A stretch of 64,000 nucleotides of DNA from Pseudomonadota bacterium (GCA_043820105.1 JBDREC010000041.1:1-64000), one strand, 5' to 3'. Shown: positions 20,883-30,837, counted from the stretch's first letter. The notes: generated by a model not told the origin, from the letters alone. Made by a program: numbers and translations.

Positions 20883-21254
20883 TTAAATAATATGTTTTTT
20901 AATTTTCTCGAGCATTTCTGATGATTCATAAGGTTTTGTAATATAATCAACAGCCCCTGTTTCAAGCCCCCAATACTTATCACTTTCTTGTGCTTTTGCA
21001 GTAACCATTATAATTGGAATATGTTCTGTTTTTTCATTTGATTTTACTTTGCGACAAAATTGATAGCCATTCATGTCAGGCATCATTACATCTAGCAAAA
21101 TAAGGTCAGGTATTTCTGTCTTCAAAATTTCTAAACCTTCTAAGCCATTTGCTGCTTCAAATATTTCATATCCTGCATGTTCAAGTCTGATTTTTAGTAT
21201 TTTGATAAAATCTGGCTCATCATCAACTATTAGTATTTTCTTCTTATCTGACAT
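20883..21254 (-). CDS. Single-domain response regulator
   Basis: ILIVDD, DLILLDVMMP, TAK, YITKP; GGAGG RBS before ATG 21254. Confidence 0.95.
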   Translation of the reverse strand: MSDKKKILIVDDEPDFIKILKIRLEHAGYEIFEAANGLEGLEILKTEIPDLILLDVMMPDMNGYQFCRKVKSNEKTEHIPIIMVTAKAQESDKYWGLETGAVDYITKPYESSEMLEKIKKHII

Positions 21255-21301
21255 CAAACCTCCTTTTAACCCCTTTTAAATCAAAGGCTAAAATAATATA
21301 A

Positions 21302-23368
21302 TTATAATTTTCCAAGCGCGGACTTAATTAGTGTTTCTGCTCTTTTACCATTTCTTGGAAAACACGCAACAGCTTTTCCTAATTTTAACTTATCTATCTT
21401 TCTAAAATAATCAATCTTAAAATTTTCTAAAAATTTTAAAAAAGTATCAAGATCTTTTTTTAATTCTTTTGGTTTTTCCTGAAAAGATATTAAAAGGATC
21501 TTATCTTTATCAACTCTATAAAACCCTATAAATCTATCTTTAAAATCAAGAGCCATTTTAGGCAAATGGTCAAAAAAGTTAATACTACTAGTAAAATTAT
21601 CCAAATCATCGATATTATTAACATCTTTAATGCTTATAATTACCAGAAAGAACTGTTCATTAGTAGTAATAGAATTAGCTATTAATTGAGAAACCTCATT
21701 CATAGCCCTGTTAACCTCAAAGGCTCTATCATCAACAGGCAAAACAAAATGGAAACTTGAACCAACATTTTCCTTGGTTTTTACCCAGATTTTACCATTG
21801 TGTTTTTCTACAATTTCCTTTGAAATAATAAGCCCAAGACCATGTCCTGAAAATTTATTATTCTGATCAAAAGTTCTTATTATTTTTTCTGTAAACATAT
21901 ATGGTAAAACTTCTTTTGGAATTCCAGTACCTGTATCTTTAATTGTTATGTGAATATTTTGAAAATAATCTTGACCTAAAATATTGTCATATTGTGGGTC
22001 TGCTTCCCTATCTTCAAGCTTAAGTGATACATTAACCTGTCCTTTTTCTTTAGTAAATTTCAAGGCATTGTGGATTAAATTTGTAAAAACCTGTTGAATT
22101 CTATCAGAATCAATATAAATAAAAGGTAATTTTGCAGGAAATTCAAATTTCAACTCAATCTTTCGCTTTTTAGCTTCATATTCAAAGGTGTCTAGAACAG
22201 TATTTATAACCTGTTTAAGATCACAAAGGCTTCGTTTTACTTCAATTTTATTTCCGTCAAATTTGGGGAAATCAAGAATATCAATAGTTAACCTTAAAAG
22301 CCTATCAACATTGACATGGATTCTTTCCATGATCTCTTTTTGGTTTTCTGAAAGTTCACCGGAAATACCATCTTGTAAAAATTCAACATAGCCTTTAATA
22401 ATTCCCATAGGATTTTTAAGCTCATGAGAACAAATTCTTAAAAAAGCATTTTTTTGCTTATCAAGTTCAGATAAACGAACATTTACTTCTTCTGCATCCC
22501 TGAGCAACAAATTGTTTTGAATTATCAAGTTAGCTGCATTAATAATAGCTATAAAAAAACCAATTTCTTCGGAAGAAAATTTATGGCTTTTTCCTATTTC
22601 AACAATTGCATATAGCTTATCCTGAACAACAACAGGCAAAGATATATAGTTAAGAGCTGCTAAAGAAATCTTCTTGGTTTTTGAATTATTTGCCTGAAAG
22701 CCATAGGACTCAATATTAAAGCTCTTATGTTCAACTTTTGAATGAAAAACATGTGAGTAGGCATTAAGCACTCTTTTTAAAATATTTTTTTCCTGCACCT
22801 TGGAAAGCTGATTTTTTGATAAAATTGTTAAGGAATTTTTCTGCTTATAAAGGTTTAAAATATTCACATGATCATATTTCAAAACATCATGATTATCACC
22901 AATAAAGGCTTCTAAAACAGTAGATTCATCAAGCAAGTAATAAGGCTCTTTAAGAAGATGATATAATTTATTTCTTACTTGCTTGCTTTTTTGAATTTCA
23001 AAGATTTTTGATATTTTATGCTCTAAAAATTGTATATCTTCATTCCCTAGATAAACATCAAAAGCACCAGCCTGTAAAAGATCCACTGTTTTTTTATTTG
23101 ATAAATGATCAAAGCAAAAAACAATTGGAGTATCTATACAATTTGGGATTTTTTTTAGGCCTTTTAATAAAAGTTCATTTTCAGACATTAAATCTTTAGA
23201 AAGTTTAATGACAAGCAAATCAGGAAACCTTTTCTCTAGCTCCCTCGTAATTTGTTCCACATTCTTATAATGGATAATATCTAAATGAAAGGGAAGCTTT
23301 GATAAAGTGTTTTGAAGGCTTGTTCTTTTTTTATCGCTTATATAAGCAATTGAGTTTTCTATATTCAC
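21302..23368 (-). CDS. Cytoplasmic sensor histidine kinase (degenerate receiver-like and GAF-like N-terminus; degenerate GGDEF-like C-terminus)
   Basis: SHELKNPM, NLIHNALKFT, DTGTGI, GHGLGL; accessory domains are tentative. Confidence 0.85.
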   Translation of the reverse strand: MNIENSIAYISDKKRTSLQNTLSKLPFHLDIIHYKNVEQITRELEKRFPDLLVIKLSKDLMSENELLLKGLKKIPNCIDTPIVFCFDHLSNKKTVDLLQAGAFDVYLGNEDIQFLEHKISKIFEIQKSKQVRNKLYHLLKEPYYLLDESTVLEAFIGDNHDVLKYDHVNILNLYKQKNSLTILSKNQLSKVQEKNILKRVLNAYSHVFHSKVEHKSFNIESYGFQANNSKTKKISLAALNYISLPVVVQDKLYAIVEIGKSHKFSSEEIGFFIAIINAANLIIQNNLLLRDAEEVNVRLSELDKQKNAFLRICSHELKNPMGIIKGYVEFLQDGISGELSENQKEIMERIHVNVDRLLRLTIDILDFPKFDGNKIEVKRSLCDLKQVINTVLDTFEYEAKKRKIELKFEFPAKLPFIYIDSDRIQQVFTNLIHNALKFTKEKGQVNVSLKLEDREADPQYDNILGQDYFQNIHITIKDTGTGIPKEVLPYMFTEKIIRTFDQNNKFSGHGLGLIISKEIVEKHNGKIWVKTKENVGSSFHFVLPVDDRAFEVNRAMNEVSQLIANSITTNEQFFLVIISIKDVNNIDDLDNFTSSINFFDHLPKMALDFKDRFIGFYRVDKDKILLISFQEKPKELKKDLDTFLKFLENFKIDYFRKIDKLKLGKAVACFPRNGKRAETLIKSALGKL

Positions 23369-25060
23369 TTATTCTGTCCTTACTATAATGAATTCTAATC
23401 CAGCGTCAACTTCTGCAGATAGATTAATCTCGTAAGATCCAGCTGCAGGAGTAAATGAATAAAATTTTGATTGTGTTTGATATAATGAAACTGTTGCTGT
23501 TTCTGGAAAAGCCTCTGAATCTAAGCCAGATAAAGTATAAGTTGTTCCATTAATCTCCCTTGAAGATATGGTTCTTAAGCCAATATACTGCATTGTAAAT
23601 GGATCCTGAACTGATTCATCAAAAGCATAAGTCTCATTTGCATCACTCTCGTCTAACAGTAGGGTTGCAAGAAATTTTCCATATAAAGTTTCAAAATCCT
23701 CATCAAGATTAGTCTCACTTATATTTTCAATTCCTCTATAGGTTGACCCTATAAGAGAGGAAATAATGTCAATTCCTGAGCCTACTATTGCTTCTTCCTG
23801 CGTTTCGGAATATGTAACCCCACCTTCGGCTTCAAACAGGTATCTTAAAAACAAATATGATAAAGCTGTTTGACAATCAGAGGTCTCAGGCGAGGCTAAA
23901 ACTACGCTTCCAAAATCATCAAAACAATTATAAACATTAATAAAGTTATAATCACCATAACCAACAAGATCCTGAGCTAAAGCTGACAAGCCATTATTTA
24001 GCCAGGGAGCTTCAGGGTAAGGTGTTGCAACTGCGCCTGTTCTATATAATTGTAAAACCTTTTTTGAATAGTTAACAAGCTTCTGATAGCTTCCGGTAAA
24101 ATCAGAAAATATTTTATCAATTAAAAGATCATCAGTTGGGTATCCAGAATATATTATATATTGCTGATTACTAGAGGGATTAAATAACTCATCACGTTCG
24201 AGCATATCATTAGGATTAAACAAAGCAACTTCATCAGAATTGTTTAATCGCCCAGTTAGAACCAGGGCAAGCTTTTCATCCTGATCAGCAGTAGATAAAG
24301 AACCATAGGCTACACTCTCAGCGTAGCGAGCACCAAACAAGGTTTCCATTCTTGGCAATATCAATTCCTCAAGTTGCTGGGAAATGGTAATCACATCTTC
24401 ATCAAGGCTGTCGTCATCAGCGTCATAAAAGGCATCAATATCCTCAACATCAACGTAAATGATGAGATTATCTGTCACCCTTCTTGCTAAAGCTGAAATG
24501 CTTCTTTCAGTTGTAACACCGTCTCTTGAAAAATAAAAGGTTTTTGCATCACCAACGGCAATATCAGTATGTTTAAACGTTTGTTGCTTTATCTGAGCAT
24601 TTCCAAAATCAGCATTTTCATAGAAAGCATTGAGCACATCAATATTTGAATTATAGGCAAGCCTTTGCATAGAGTGTTTTAAAAAGGTAGCATCTGTTTC
24701 TTCCGCTATTTCCTCATCTTCTGCTTCAGCTTGTTCAACAGAATTATAATTTATACTATTTAAGGTAGCTGCAATTGAAAGATCATAGGTAAAAGTATCT
24801 GCAAAAACTCCATCAGTACTATAGGTGAAATAAGGAATTAAAACTAATTTTTCGTCACCTTCAGCATCATCTCTTGCAACTAAAGCCAATTCGATATTAT
24901 CATCATCGTCTGAGGTTTCAATATCAACAAATAATACTCCCCCAACTTCTGTTAAATCCAGATCATCAGAAGCAGTGTCATCTGCTGTTTCATCTAAGTT
25001 ACAATTAACAAAAAATATTATTAGAAGAAATAATATAAGGCATAAAAACAACTTTTTCAT
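23369..25060 (-). CDS. Acidic lipoprotein resembling M30/hyicolysin-type metallopeptidases but lacking HEXXH
   Basis: Lipobox FVNC; DFTGSYQKLVNY and PWLNNGLSALAQDLVG where HEFQH and WLNEGLS are expected; SYLFLRYL. Confidence 0.6.
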   Translation of the reverse strand: MKKLFLCLILFLLIIFFVNCNLDETADDTASDDLDLTEVGGVLFVDIETSDDDDNIELALVARDDAEGDEKLVLIPYFTYSTDGVFADTFTYDLSIAATLNSINYNSVEQAEAEDEEIAEETDATFLKHSMQRLAYNSNIDVLNAFYENADFGNAQIKQQTFKHTDIAVGDAKTFYFSRDGVTTERSISALARRVTDNLIIYVDVEDIDAFYDADDDSLDEDVITISQQLEELILPRMETLFGARYAESVAYGSLSTADQDEKLALVLTGRLNNSDEVALFNPNDMLERDELFNPSSNQQYIIYSGYPTDDLLIDKIFSDFTGSYQKLVNYSKKVLQLYRTGAVATPYPEAPWLNNGLSALAQDLVGYGDYNFINVYNCFDDFGSVVLASPETSDCQTALSYLFLRYLFEAEGGVTYSETQEEAIVGSGIDIISSLIGSTYRGIENISETNLDEDFETLYGKFLATLLLDESDANETYAFDESVQDPFTMQYIGLRTISSREINGTTYTLSGLDSEAFPETATVSLYQTQSKFYSFTPAAGSYEINLSAEVDAGLEFIIVRTE

Positions 25061-25120
25061 CAAAATTCCTCTTTTTTCTTGAACACATATGAATATTACT
25101 TAATTTATTGGTATAGTGTC

Positions 25121-25294
25121 AAGTGGTAAGTGGTAAGTGGTAAGTGGTAAGTCGTAAGTCGTAAGTGGTAAGTGGTAAGTGGTAAGTGGTAAGTCGTAAG
25201 TGGTAAGTGGTAAGTCGTAAGTCGTAAGTGGTAAGTGGTAAGTGGTAAGTGGTAAGTGGTAAGTGGTAAGTGGTAAGTGGTAAGTGGTAAGTGG
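25121..25294 (+). repeat. Heptamer repeat (TAAGTGG/TAAGTCG), about 25 units
   Basis: Direct reading; longest array of this family in the window. Confidence 0.97.
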
Positions 25295-25383
25295 ATTTTT
25301 AACAGTATAATAAGTCAAGTGTTTTTAAAAAAAGTAATCAAATAAAATCACAAATTTTTAGGTCTATCAAATAGCTAACTTAG

Positions 25384-25414
25384 CACTTACCACTTACCAC
25401 TTAAAATTTACCAC
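25384..25414 (+). repeat. Short CACTTAC repeat, inverted relative to 25121-25294
   Basis: CACTTACCACTTACCACTTA..TTACCAC. Confidence 0.8.
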
Positions 25415-25491
25415 TATTTAAATTCCTTTACCTTTTGCGAAAAATCATTTAATAATTCTTGTGATCTTAATTCAATTCAAAGAGGCTATTT

Positions 25492-26031
25492 ATGAATAAA
25501 AAGCTAAAAATTATGCTCATTGTTTATTCAGCTATGTTTCTCATATCATTTTTAATTTTAGGCTTTTTAAAGGGCTTTCCTTATGTTTTCAAACTATATC
25601 ACATTGATGGATTTTGGTTTATTACCTCTTGTGTGATTGCTATATTGGTTATTGTTGGATCTCATATCCTTATGATGAAAACTACTTATTTTGATTTTTT
25701 AATAGGTCTTTTCAAGGAGTTTTTTGAAGGCTATGGAATTTTTACTTTTTTATTGCTTGCTTTATTAAGTGGTTTTGCAGAGGAATTACTCTTTAGGGGC
25801 TTATTACAAGATTATATGGGCCTTATCCTAACAAGCCTAATCTTCGGAATCCTGCACATCGGTCCTTCAAAAAACTTCCTTCCCTGGACAGGCTTTGCAA
25901 TCATCATGGGTTTTGTTTTAGGTATTACAAGAGAGCTTTCTGTTTCTATTTTGGTTCCTTCTATTATTCATGTGTTTGTGAATTTTGTTAATATGCTTGC
26001 TTTGAAGTATTGGGTTAAGAAGGAGCTGTAA
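25492..26031 (+). CDS. CPBP/Abi (CAAX-protease-like) intramembrane metalloprotease
   Basis: EELLFRG, FGILH, HVFVN motifs; TM helices. Confidence 0.88.
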   Translation: MNKKLKIMLIVYSAMFLISFLILGFLKGFPYVFKLYHIDGFWFITSCVIAILVIVGSHILMMKTTYFDFLIGLFKEFFEGYGIFTFLLLALLSGFAEELLFRGLLQDYMGLILTSLIFGILHIGPSKNFLPWTGFAIIMGFVLGITRELSVSILVPSIIHVFVNFVNMLALKYWVKKEL

Positions 26032-26034
26032 AGA

Positions 26035-26178
26035 GTTGCTGGTTGCTAGATGCTCGATGCTGGATGCTGGATGCTCGTATTTTACTGGCGACTGGTGTTC
26101 TGGTGACTGGTGTTCTGGTGACTGGTACCCAAGTATTCATTAATTATTATTTATTAATTATTAATTATTGATTATTTT
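26035..26178 (+). repeat. Composite repeat block (GATGCTG)n-(CTGGTGA)n-(TTAATTA)n
   Basis: Three repeat families in series after the CPBP stop. Confidence 0.8.
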
Positions 26179-26410
26179 CAACAAAAGGTGTGAGTGCCCG
26201 AAGGTGAACGGAAACTCAATGGGTTGGTATATTAGTTTCAACTCTTAACTCTTAATCCTAAGTCTTTAATCCATCTCCCTTATCCTTCACTGCCAAAAAA
26301 AATTAAAAAATCAACTTTTCGTTTTTGCTTGTCTCATAAATAATAAAAATCCATGTGTTGTTTTCAAAATAATTACTATTTTTAGGTATATACCAAAAAA
26401 AGTTAAGCGT

Positions 26411-26514
26411 AGAAACAAGGGAACAGGCGAACAAGAGAACAAGGGATTGGTATTTAGTATTCGGTATCTTACTGGCGACTTGTGACTGGTACCCAAGTAT
26501 TCATTGATTATTGA
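26411..26514 (+). repeat. Composite repeat block (GAACAAG)n-(GTATTT/CA)n-(CTGGTGA)n
   Basis: Shares GTGACTGGTACCCAAGTATTCATT with the block near 26118-26141. Confidence 0.75.
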
Positions 26515-26518
26515 AACC

Positions 26519-28360
26519 TTACATCTGAGATAATGCTGCGCTCAATGCCCTTTGGAGTCTTTCGCTTTTTACAGCTCCAGAGTCTTCATCACGTGGCAGA
26601 TTATTCCATCTATCCTTACCTATTGTAATTATATATCCTGAATCAGAATCTCCATCTACCTTAAATATAGCTGGATTAGCATGCGAGTCAACTTTGACTG
26701 TAAGTGGTATTTTACCTTTTCCTTCTAGCCTTTTTGCTATTGCTTCTAAATCAGCTGGAGAAAATCTGTTTTTACTTGGATCATCTTCATTTTTTTGATA
26801 TATATCACTTGTATCAAAATAAACGCCTTTTTTTCTATATGCTTTTGAATATGCAATTGCTAATTCAGGGTCACCCTTATGTGAAATTATTCCTTGTGTA
26901 AATCTTTCTCTAACAATTTTATCTGTGCTAGCAGTGCTTGTATAATCGCTATTATTAAATAACTGAAAAGCTTCTTCAATTGAATTTTCGTTATAATTAC
27001 TATTTTTTATAATGTGCAAATAATCCTTTGCTCTGGAAGGTCCTTTTGCATCTCTATAAATCATAGCACTATAGCCCCTTGCATAAGTTTTTGTTTTGCT
27101 ATCTTTAACAAGAGCAAAAAACTCATTAGCTTCATTATTTTTTAGATTTGGATCTAAAGCTAGCTTTGCAAAATCTTGTGCATACATGCCATTTGGATCC
27201 TCAAGTAAATTAAGATATTTCGCTGCTTTTTTAGGGTCATTTTTTTGTAATTTGACAAAATTTTCAGCGCCCTCTTTTTTACCTAGTCTGAGTGCTGTTA
27301 AATAATTATCCTTTTCCCCAGGATTTCTTGCAACAAATTCTAAATAGGCAGAAATACAATCTTGATTCTTGTCACAATATTCATATAAGCCTTTTCTTGC
27401 TTCACTATTGTCACCAATAATAGTACCAAGGGCAGTATTACAAGAAGCATGACTATCATCAGCATTAGCTTTTTCATAACAAGCCCCAATTGCTCCCATC
27501 ATCTTTTCACAATCATCATTACTTATCCCTTGAGCATCACAGCGTTGATTAAGACTAGCTATAAACTGCCCTCTTTCATATTCTGTATCTGAAGCTTGTG
27601 AAGCTTGGGCTCCAGTGACATCTCCCATAGAATAAAAAGCTAGCATAGCTAAGTCTCTTTTAGCATCTGCACAAGGTTCATTAGATGCACAAGGAGAACG
27701 TGGTTGGGACCTTGCATTACTTGCTATTACTTCAGCCATAAGATCACTATTGGCAGTCAAGGCAGCTAATGATTGACAAGCACCGGTATCAGGTAAATCC
27801 GAACAGTTTGCTTTTTTCTTTTCCTGTTCCATAATAAAATTAAAAATTTCTCCCTGACAATTTGGAGAATAATTTGAAAGAAGGGGCCCTTCAAAAGGAG
27901 CACTATCAGCTCTTATTCCTGGCCAAGCCCCAGTAGCAGGAAGATCCATTGCTTTTGTTTTACAATCAAGGGAATTTAAATGACTAAACCCACTGTTTCC
28001 TTTTCTCGGGTCTTTATAACAATGCCCTCTTTTTGAATGATCCCTTGGAATCCTTACTTGATCAACCTCAGTGCAAAAATGATCATTCTTTCCTTGAGTT
28101 TCTGAAGGAACCCTTTCCATCATCTGACAAGCGATTGGATGACTCTGGTAAATATCTTCCAGGTATTGAATTCTAGTATATTTTTTATTTCCTTTATCAT
28201 ATTTAAATATTTTCGGGCGTGTTTTATTAACTTCTTCAAGACACTTATCACTAATCCCAGCTTCCCCTTCATCAGAATAAGCCGAATTTGCAATGATGAA
28301 AACAGATAGAATTGATAAAATTGAAATTAACGAAAACGTTCTCTTAATTATAACTCTCAT
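26519..28360 (-). CDS. Secreted Cys-rich hypothetical protein
   Basis: Signal peptide ending AYS; many paired Cys; start revised to 28360 (GGAG RBS). Confidence 0.75.
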   Translation of the reverse strand: MRVIIKRTFSLISILSILSVFIIANSAYSDEGEAGISDKCLEEVNKTRPKIFKYDKGNKKYTRIQYLEDIYQSHPIACQMMERVPSETQGKNDHFCTEVDQVRIPRDHSKRGHCYKDPRKGNSGFSHLNSLDCKTKAMDLPATGAWPGIRADSAPFEGPLLSNYSPNCQGEIFNFIMEQEKKKANCSDLPDTGACQSLAALTANSDLMAEVIASNARSQPRSPCASNEPCADAKRDLAMLAFYSMGDVTGAQASQASDTEYERGQFIASLNQRCDAQGISNDDCEKMMGAIGACYEKANADDSHASCNTALGTIIGDNSEARKGLYEYCDKNQDCISAYLEFVARNPGEKDNYLTALRLGKKEGAENFVKLQKNDPKKAAKYLNLLEDPNGMYAQDFAKLALDPNLKNNEANEFFALVKDSKTKTYARGYSAMIYRDAKGPSRAKDYLHIIKNSNYNENSIEEAFQLFNNSDYTSTASTDKIVRERFTQGIISHKGDPELAIAYSKAYRKKGVYFDTSDIYQKNEDDPSKNRFSPADLEAIAKRLEGKGKIPLTVKVDSHANPAIFKVDGDSDSGYIITIGKDRWNNLPRDEDSGAVKSERLQRALSAALSQM

Positions 28361-28399
28361 AATTCTTATCTCCAATGCTGTTTGTAATTAGCAAAGTAT

Positions 28400-28439
28400 C
28401 TTCACTGGATCCTGAAACAAGTCCAGGATGACCGTGAAG
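28400..28439. repeat. REP-like palindrome
   Basis: CTTCAC-TGGATCCTG-AAACAAGTC-CAGGAT-GACC-GTGAAG; minus strand reads GTCATCCTGGACTTGTTTCAGGATCCAG. Confidence 0.6.
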
Positions 28440-28459
28440 TGGTCTTTTTTCTGTCCCCA

Positions 28460-28596
28460 AAATTGAAAATTGGGAATTGATTGTTGATTATTGAAAATTC
28501 GCGTTATTAATAATCAATAATCAACAACCAATTTTCAATTCTCAATACTCATACAACTTATCACTTATCACTTACCACTTACGACTTACGACTTAT
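28460..28596. repeat. Inverted (TTGAAAA/TTGATTA) repeat pair followed by an ACTTAC(C/G) heptamer array
   Basis: AAATTGAAAATTGGGAATTGATTGTTGATTATTG ... TAATCAATAATCAACAACCAATTTTCAATT, then ACTTATC/ACTTACC/ACTTACG units. Confidence 0.75.
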
Positions 28597-28881
28597 TAAA
28601 AAGTTATTTAGTTACCTACCCATAACAAGGATCATGCAATACCTTTCGGAGGAGGTATAAACACCCTCTAATTCTATAACATATTGCATCATTTTGCAAG
28701 GTTTTTTTATTGAGTAATATTATAAAATTACGTTGAAAAAAGCAACCTAGAAGTAGAGGATGGCTGTTTATCCAGCCTTTATATCTCTTAAAATTAATTA
28801 TTAATTATTATTTATTAATTATTGGTTATTTTTAAATTGTTGCTAATACAAAGGTTCATGTTCTACCTTTCAAACCTTGAA

Positions 28882-30768
28882 TTAGGCTTTTCCAAGAGCC
28901 TTTTTTAAGGCAGAAAGAAATTTGATGTAAGCGCTAGAACTATCATCTGTAAGCATATCATTTACTTTTTTATCCATCACAACATTAATCACAGTAAGCT
29001 CACTTTCACCAGTAACTTTATCGGCCGTTATAGCTGGCTTAAACGGTCTTACTTTATCAATATACTCAATTCTTATTAAATCTGCGCCTGTTGCAGATCT
29101 TAAGCTTCCAGTAGAAGTATTTGAATTAAAAGCCAGTAATAAATGCTCAAACTTATCAGCTGGAAAGTTTTCAGGTTCATTTACCCAAACAGCCATATTA
29201 GCTAAAGTTAAAAATGTTTCAGCATTATCTGGCCCATAATAAGCTCTATTATTATAAAGCTCTAAATAATCTTCATAAGCGATTATCATGTATTCATGAA
29301 GTTGTGTTAAGCTTTGATAATATTCATGGGCATATGTTGGATTTATAGCATAAAGTCCTTTATACGTTTGAGATTGATAATAATATTCATCTCCCATAAT
29401 TAAAAGGCTTGAATAATCAGCAGCTGAAGCGGGATCCTTGGAATAGAATCTAAAGTGTTCTGCTATACAATGCTCATCTTTTACATAGGCTTTGCCATCA
29501 TCACTGCACAAGGCAAGCAATGATCTAACAGAAGATTTGTTTAGTGTTACACTTTGAAAAGCTTTAATACAAAGAACTGCATTTGAGTTGTCCTTTTTCC
29601 AAACAGCCGTTTGCACACATTCTAAAAAGGCCCTTTCTGTTGCAGAGGCTTCTTTTTCAACCATATATTCGCCTGCAACTTCTTCATTCAATTTATGATC
29701 AATTTTTGCATAAAGTGCTTGCTGAATTTCATTATCAGAATAATCATATTGATCTGCCACATCAAGTAGTTGTTCGAAGTCTAAGGCTTTAAATTCAGCT
29801 AAAGCATCATTATCTGTAGCCTCAGGTTCAGCTGGTAGTTGGACAGGTTCTTCTTGTTTTTCTTCTTTTGGTGCAGGGTCTTCGGCTCTTGCTGGTTCTT
29901 TTAAAGCTTCTTCTAAGTTATGATCTTCAACAATACCAATTTCAACTGGAACAGTATCAGGATCGCCATCTATCATAGCCTCATATCTTTTTTCAATAGT
30001 TTCTAGCTTCCTTTCAAGATATTTTTTTCCATCATGTGCGTACCAGCAACCCTTGTAATAATCAGTGGATTCATCAACTAAAATAATTTTATTGCCAAGT
30101 CTTACAATACCAAGCTTAAATTCAATTGATCCAAATTTAACCATAACAGCTTTTCCGTTATTTGGATTTTTAACATACTTTAATTCTATTACCAGGTAAC
30201 TTAAGCCGGCTATCTCAGGTTGTTCTAAGGTAATTTTTACAACTTTTTCTTTTCTAAGTTTATAATACAACTGAAGATCAAGAATTTCTTCAAGTATAAG
30301 CAACTTCAAGGACACCATTGATTCTACTACTCTTTGAGTTGCTTTTGCTTGAGTTTTTTGAAAATCAGTAATTACCCTTTTGGTGGCTTCTTCCCGATAT
30401 GCAAGGTTTGATCGCAATCCAGAAAGACTTTGCATTGCCTTGTTAAACTTTTCACTGCTTAAAGCTGTTTTATAATTATCCTTACACCAATTACTCCTTT
30501 TTTCATGGTAAGCCAAATCTTGCTCAAGCAAAAAAAGCTCAACATCTTTTGCACATCCAGTTGAAAGTTCATTCAACGGAGATTCTTCAGAATACAACAG
30601 ATCCCATTTCATTGAGTAGTGTTGGTATTTGTTAACAGAAAATACATTACTTGCCAGGGCTGCTTCAATACAACTATCATTTGGCTCAGCATACAGCATA
30701 AATGAAAGCATAAGCAAAGGGCAAAGGATAAAAAAAGACGGCTTAAATTTGTTTAAAAATGAGTTCAT
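28882..30768 (-). CDS. Secreted hypothetical protein, probable paralog of 26519..28360
   Basis: GGAGG RBS before ATG 30768 (start revised); signal peptide ending LYA; Pro/Glu linker; shared C-terminal pattern. Confidence 0.75.
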   Translation of the reverse strand: MNSFLNKFKPSFFILCPLLMLSFMLYAEPNDSCIEAALASNVFSVNKYQHYSMKWDLLYSEESPLNELSTGCAKDVELFLLEQDLAYHEKRSNWCKDNYKTALSSEKFNKAMQSLSGLRSNLAYREEATKRVITDFQKTQAKATQRVVESMVSLKLLILEEILDLQLYYKLRKEKVVKITLEQPEIAGLSYLVIELKYVKNPNNGKAVMVKFGSIEFKLGIVRLGNKIILVDESTDYYKGCWYAHDGKKYLERKLETIEKRYEAMIDGDPDTVPVEIGIVEDHNLEEALKEPARAEDPAPKEEKQEEPVQLPAEPEATDNDALAEFKALDFEQLLDVADQYDYSDNEIQQALYAKIDHKLNEEVAGEYMVEKEASATERAFLECVQTAVWKKDNSNAVLCIKAFQSVTLNKSSVRSLLALCSDDGKAYVKDEHCIAEHFRFYSKDPASAADYSSLLIMGDEYYYQSQTYKGLYAINPTYAHEYYQSLTQLHEYMIIAYEDYLELYNNRAYYGPDNAETFLTLANMAVWVNEPENFPADKFEHLLLAFNSNTSTGSLRSATGADLIRIEYIDKVRPFKPAITADKVTGESELTVINVVMDKKVNDMLTDDSSSAYIKFLSALKKALGKA

Positions 30769-30837
30769 TGCACAACCCTCCAGGGTATTGAAAATTAAAA
30801 AAAGTAAAACCATACCCACATCGCTGGCCTAAATTGA

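Noticed and set aside
25121-25294. Possible CRISPR array (also 1-166, 7475-7561, 12881-12962)
   Set aside because: Units are contiguous 7-mers with no unique spacers, and there are no cas genes in the window
25100-25318. 72-aa ORF of LTTYHLP repeats (and 7443..7637)
   Set aside because: Translation of a heptamer repeat on its stop-free strand; no independent coding evidence
28600-28670. Known riboswitch (e.g. c-di-GMP-I) suggested by CCGAAAGG
   Set aside because: The remaining conserved elements were not recognisable; an Rfam scan would be needed
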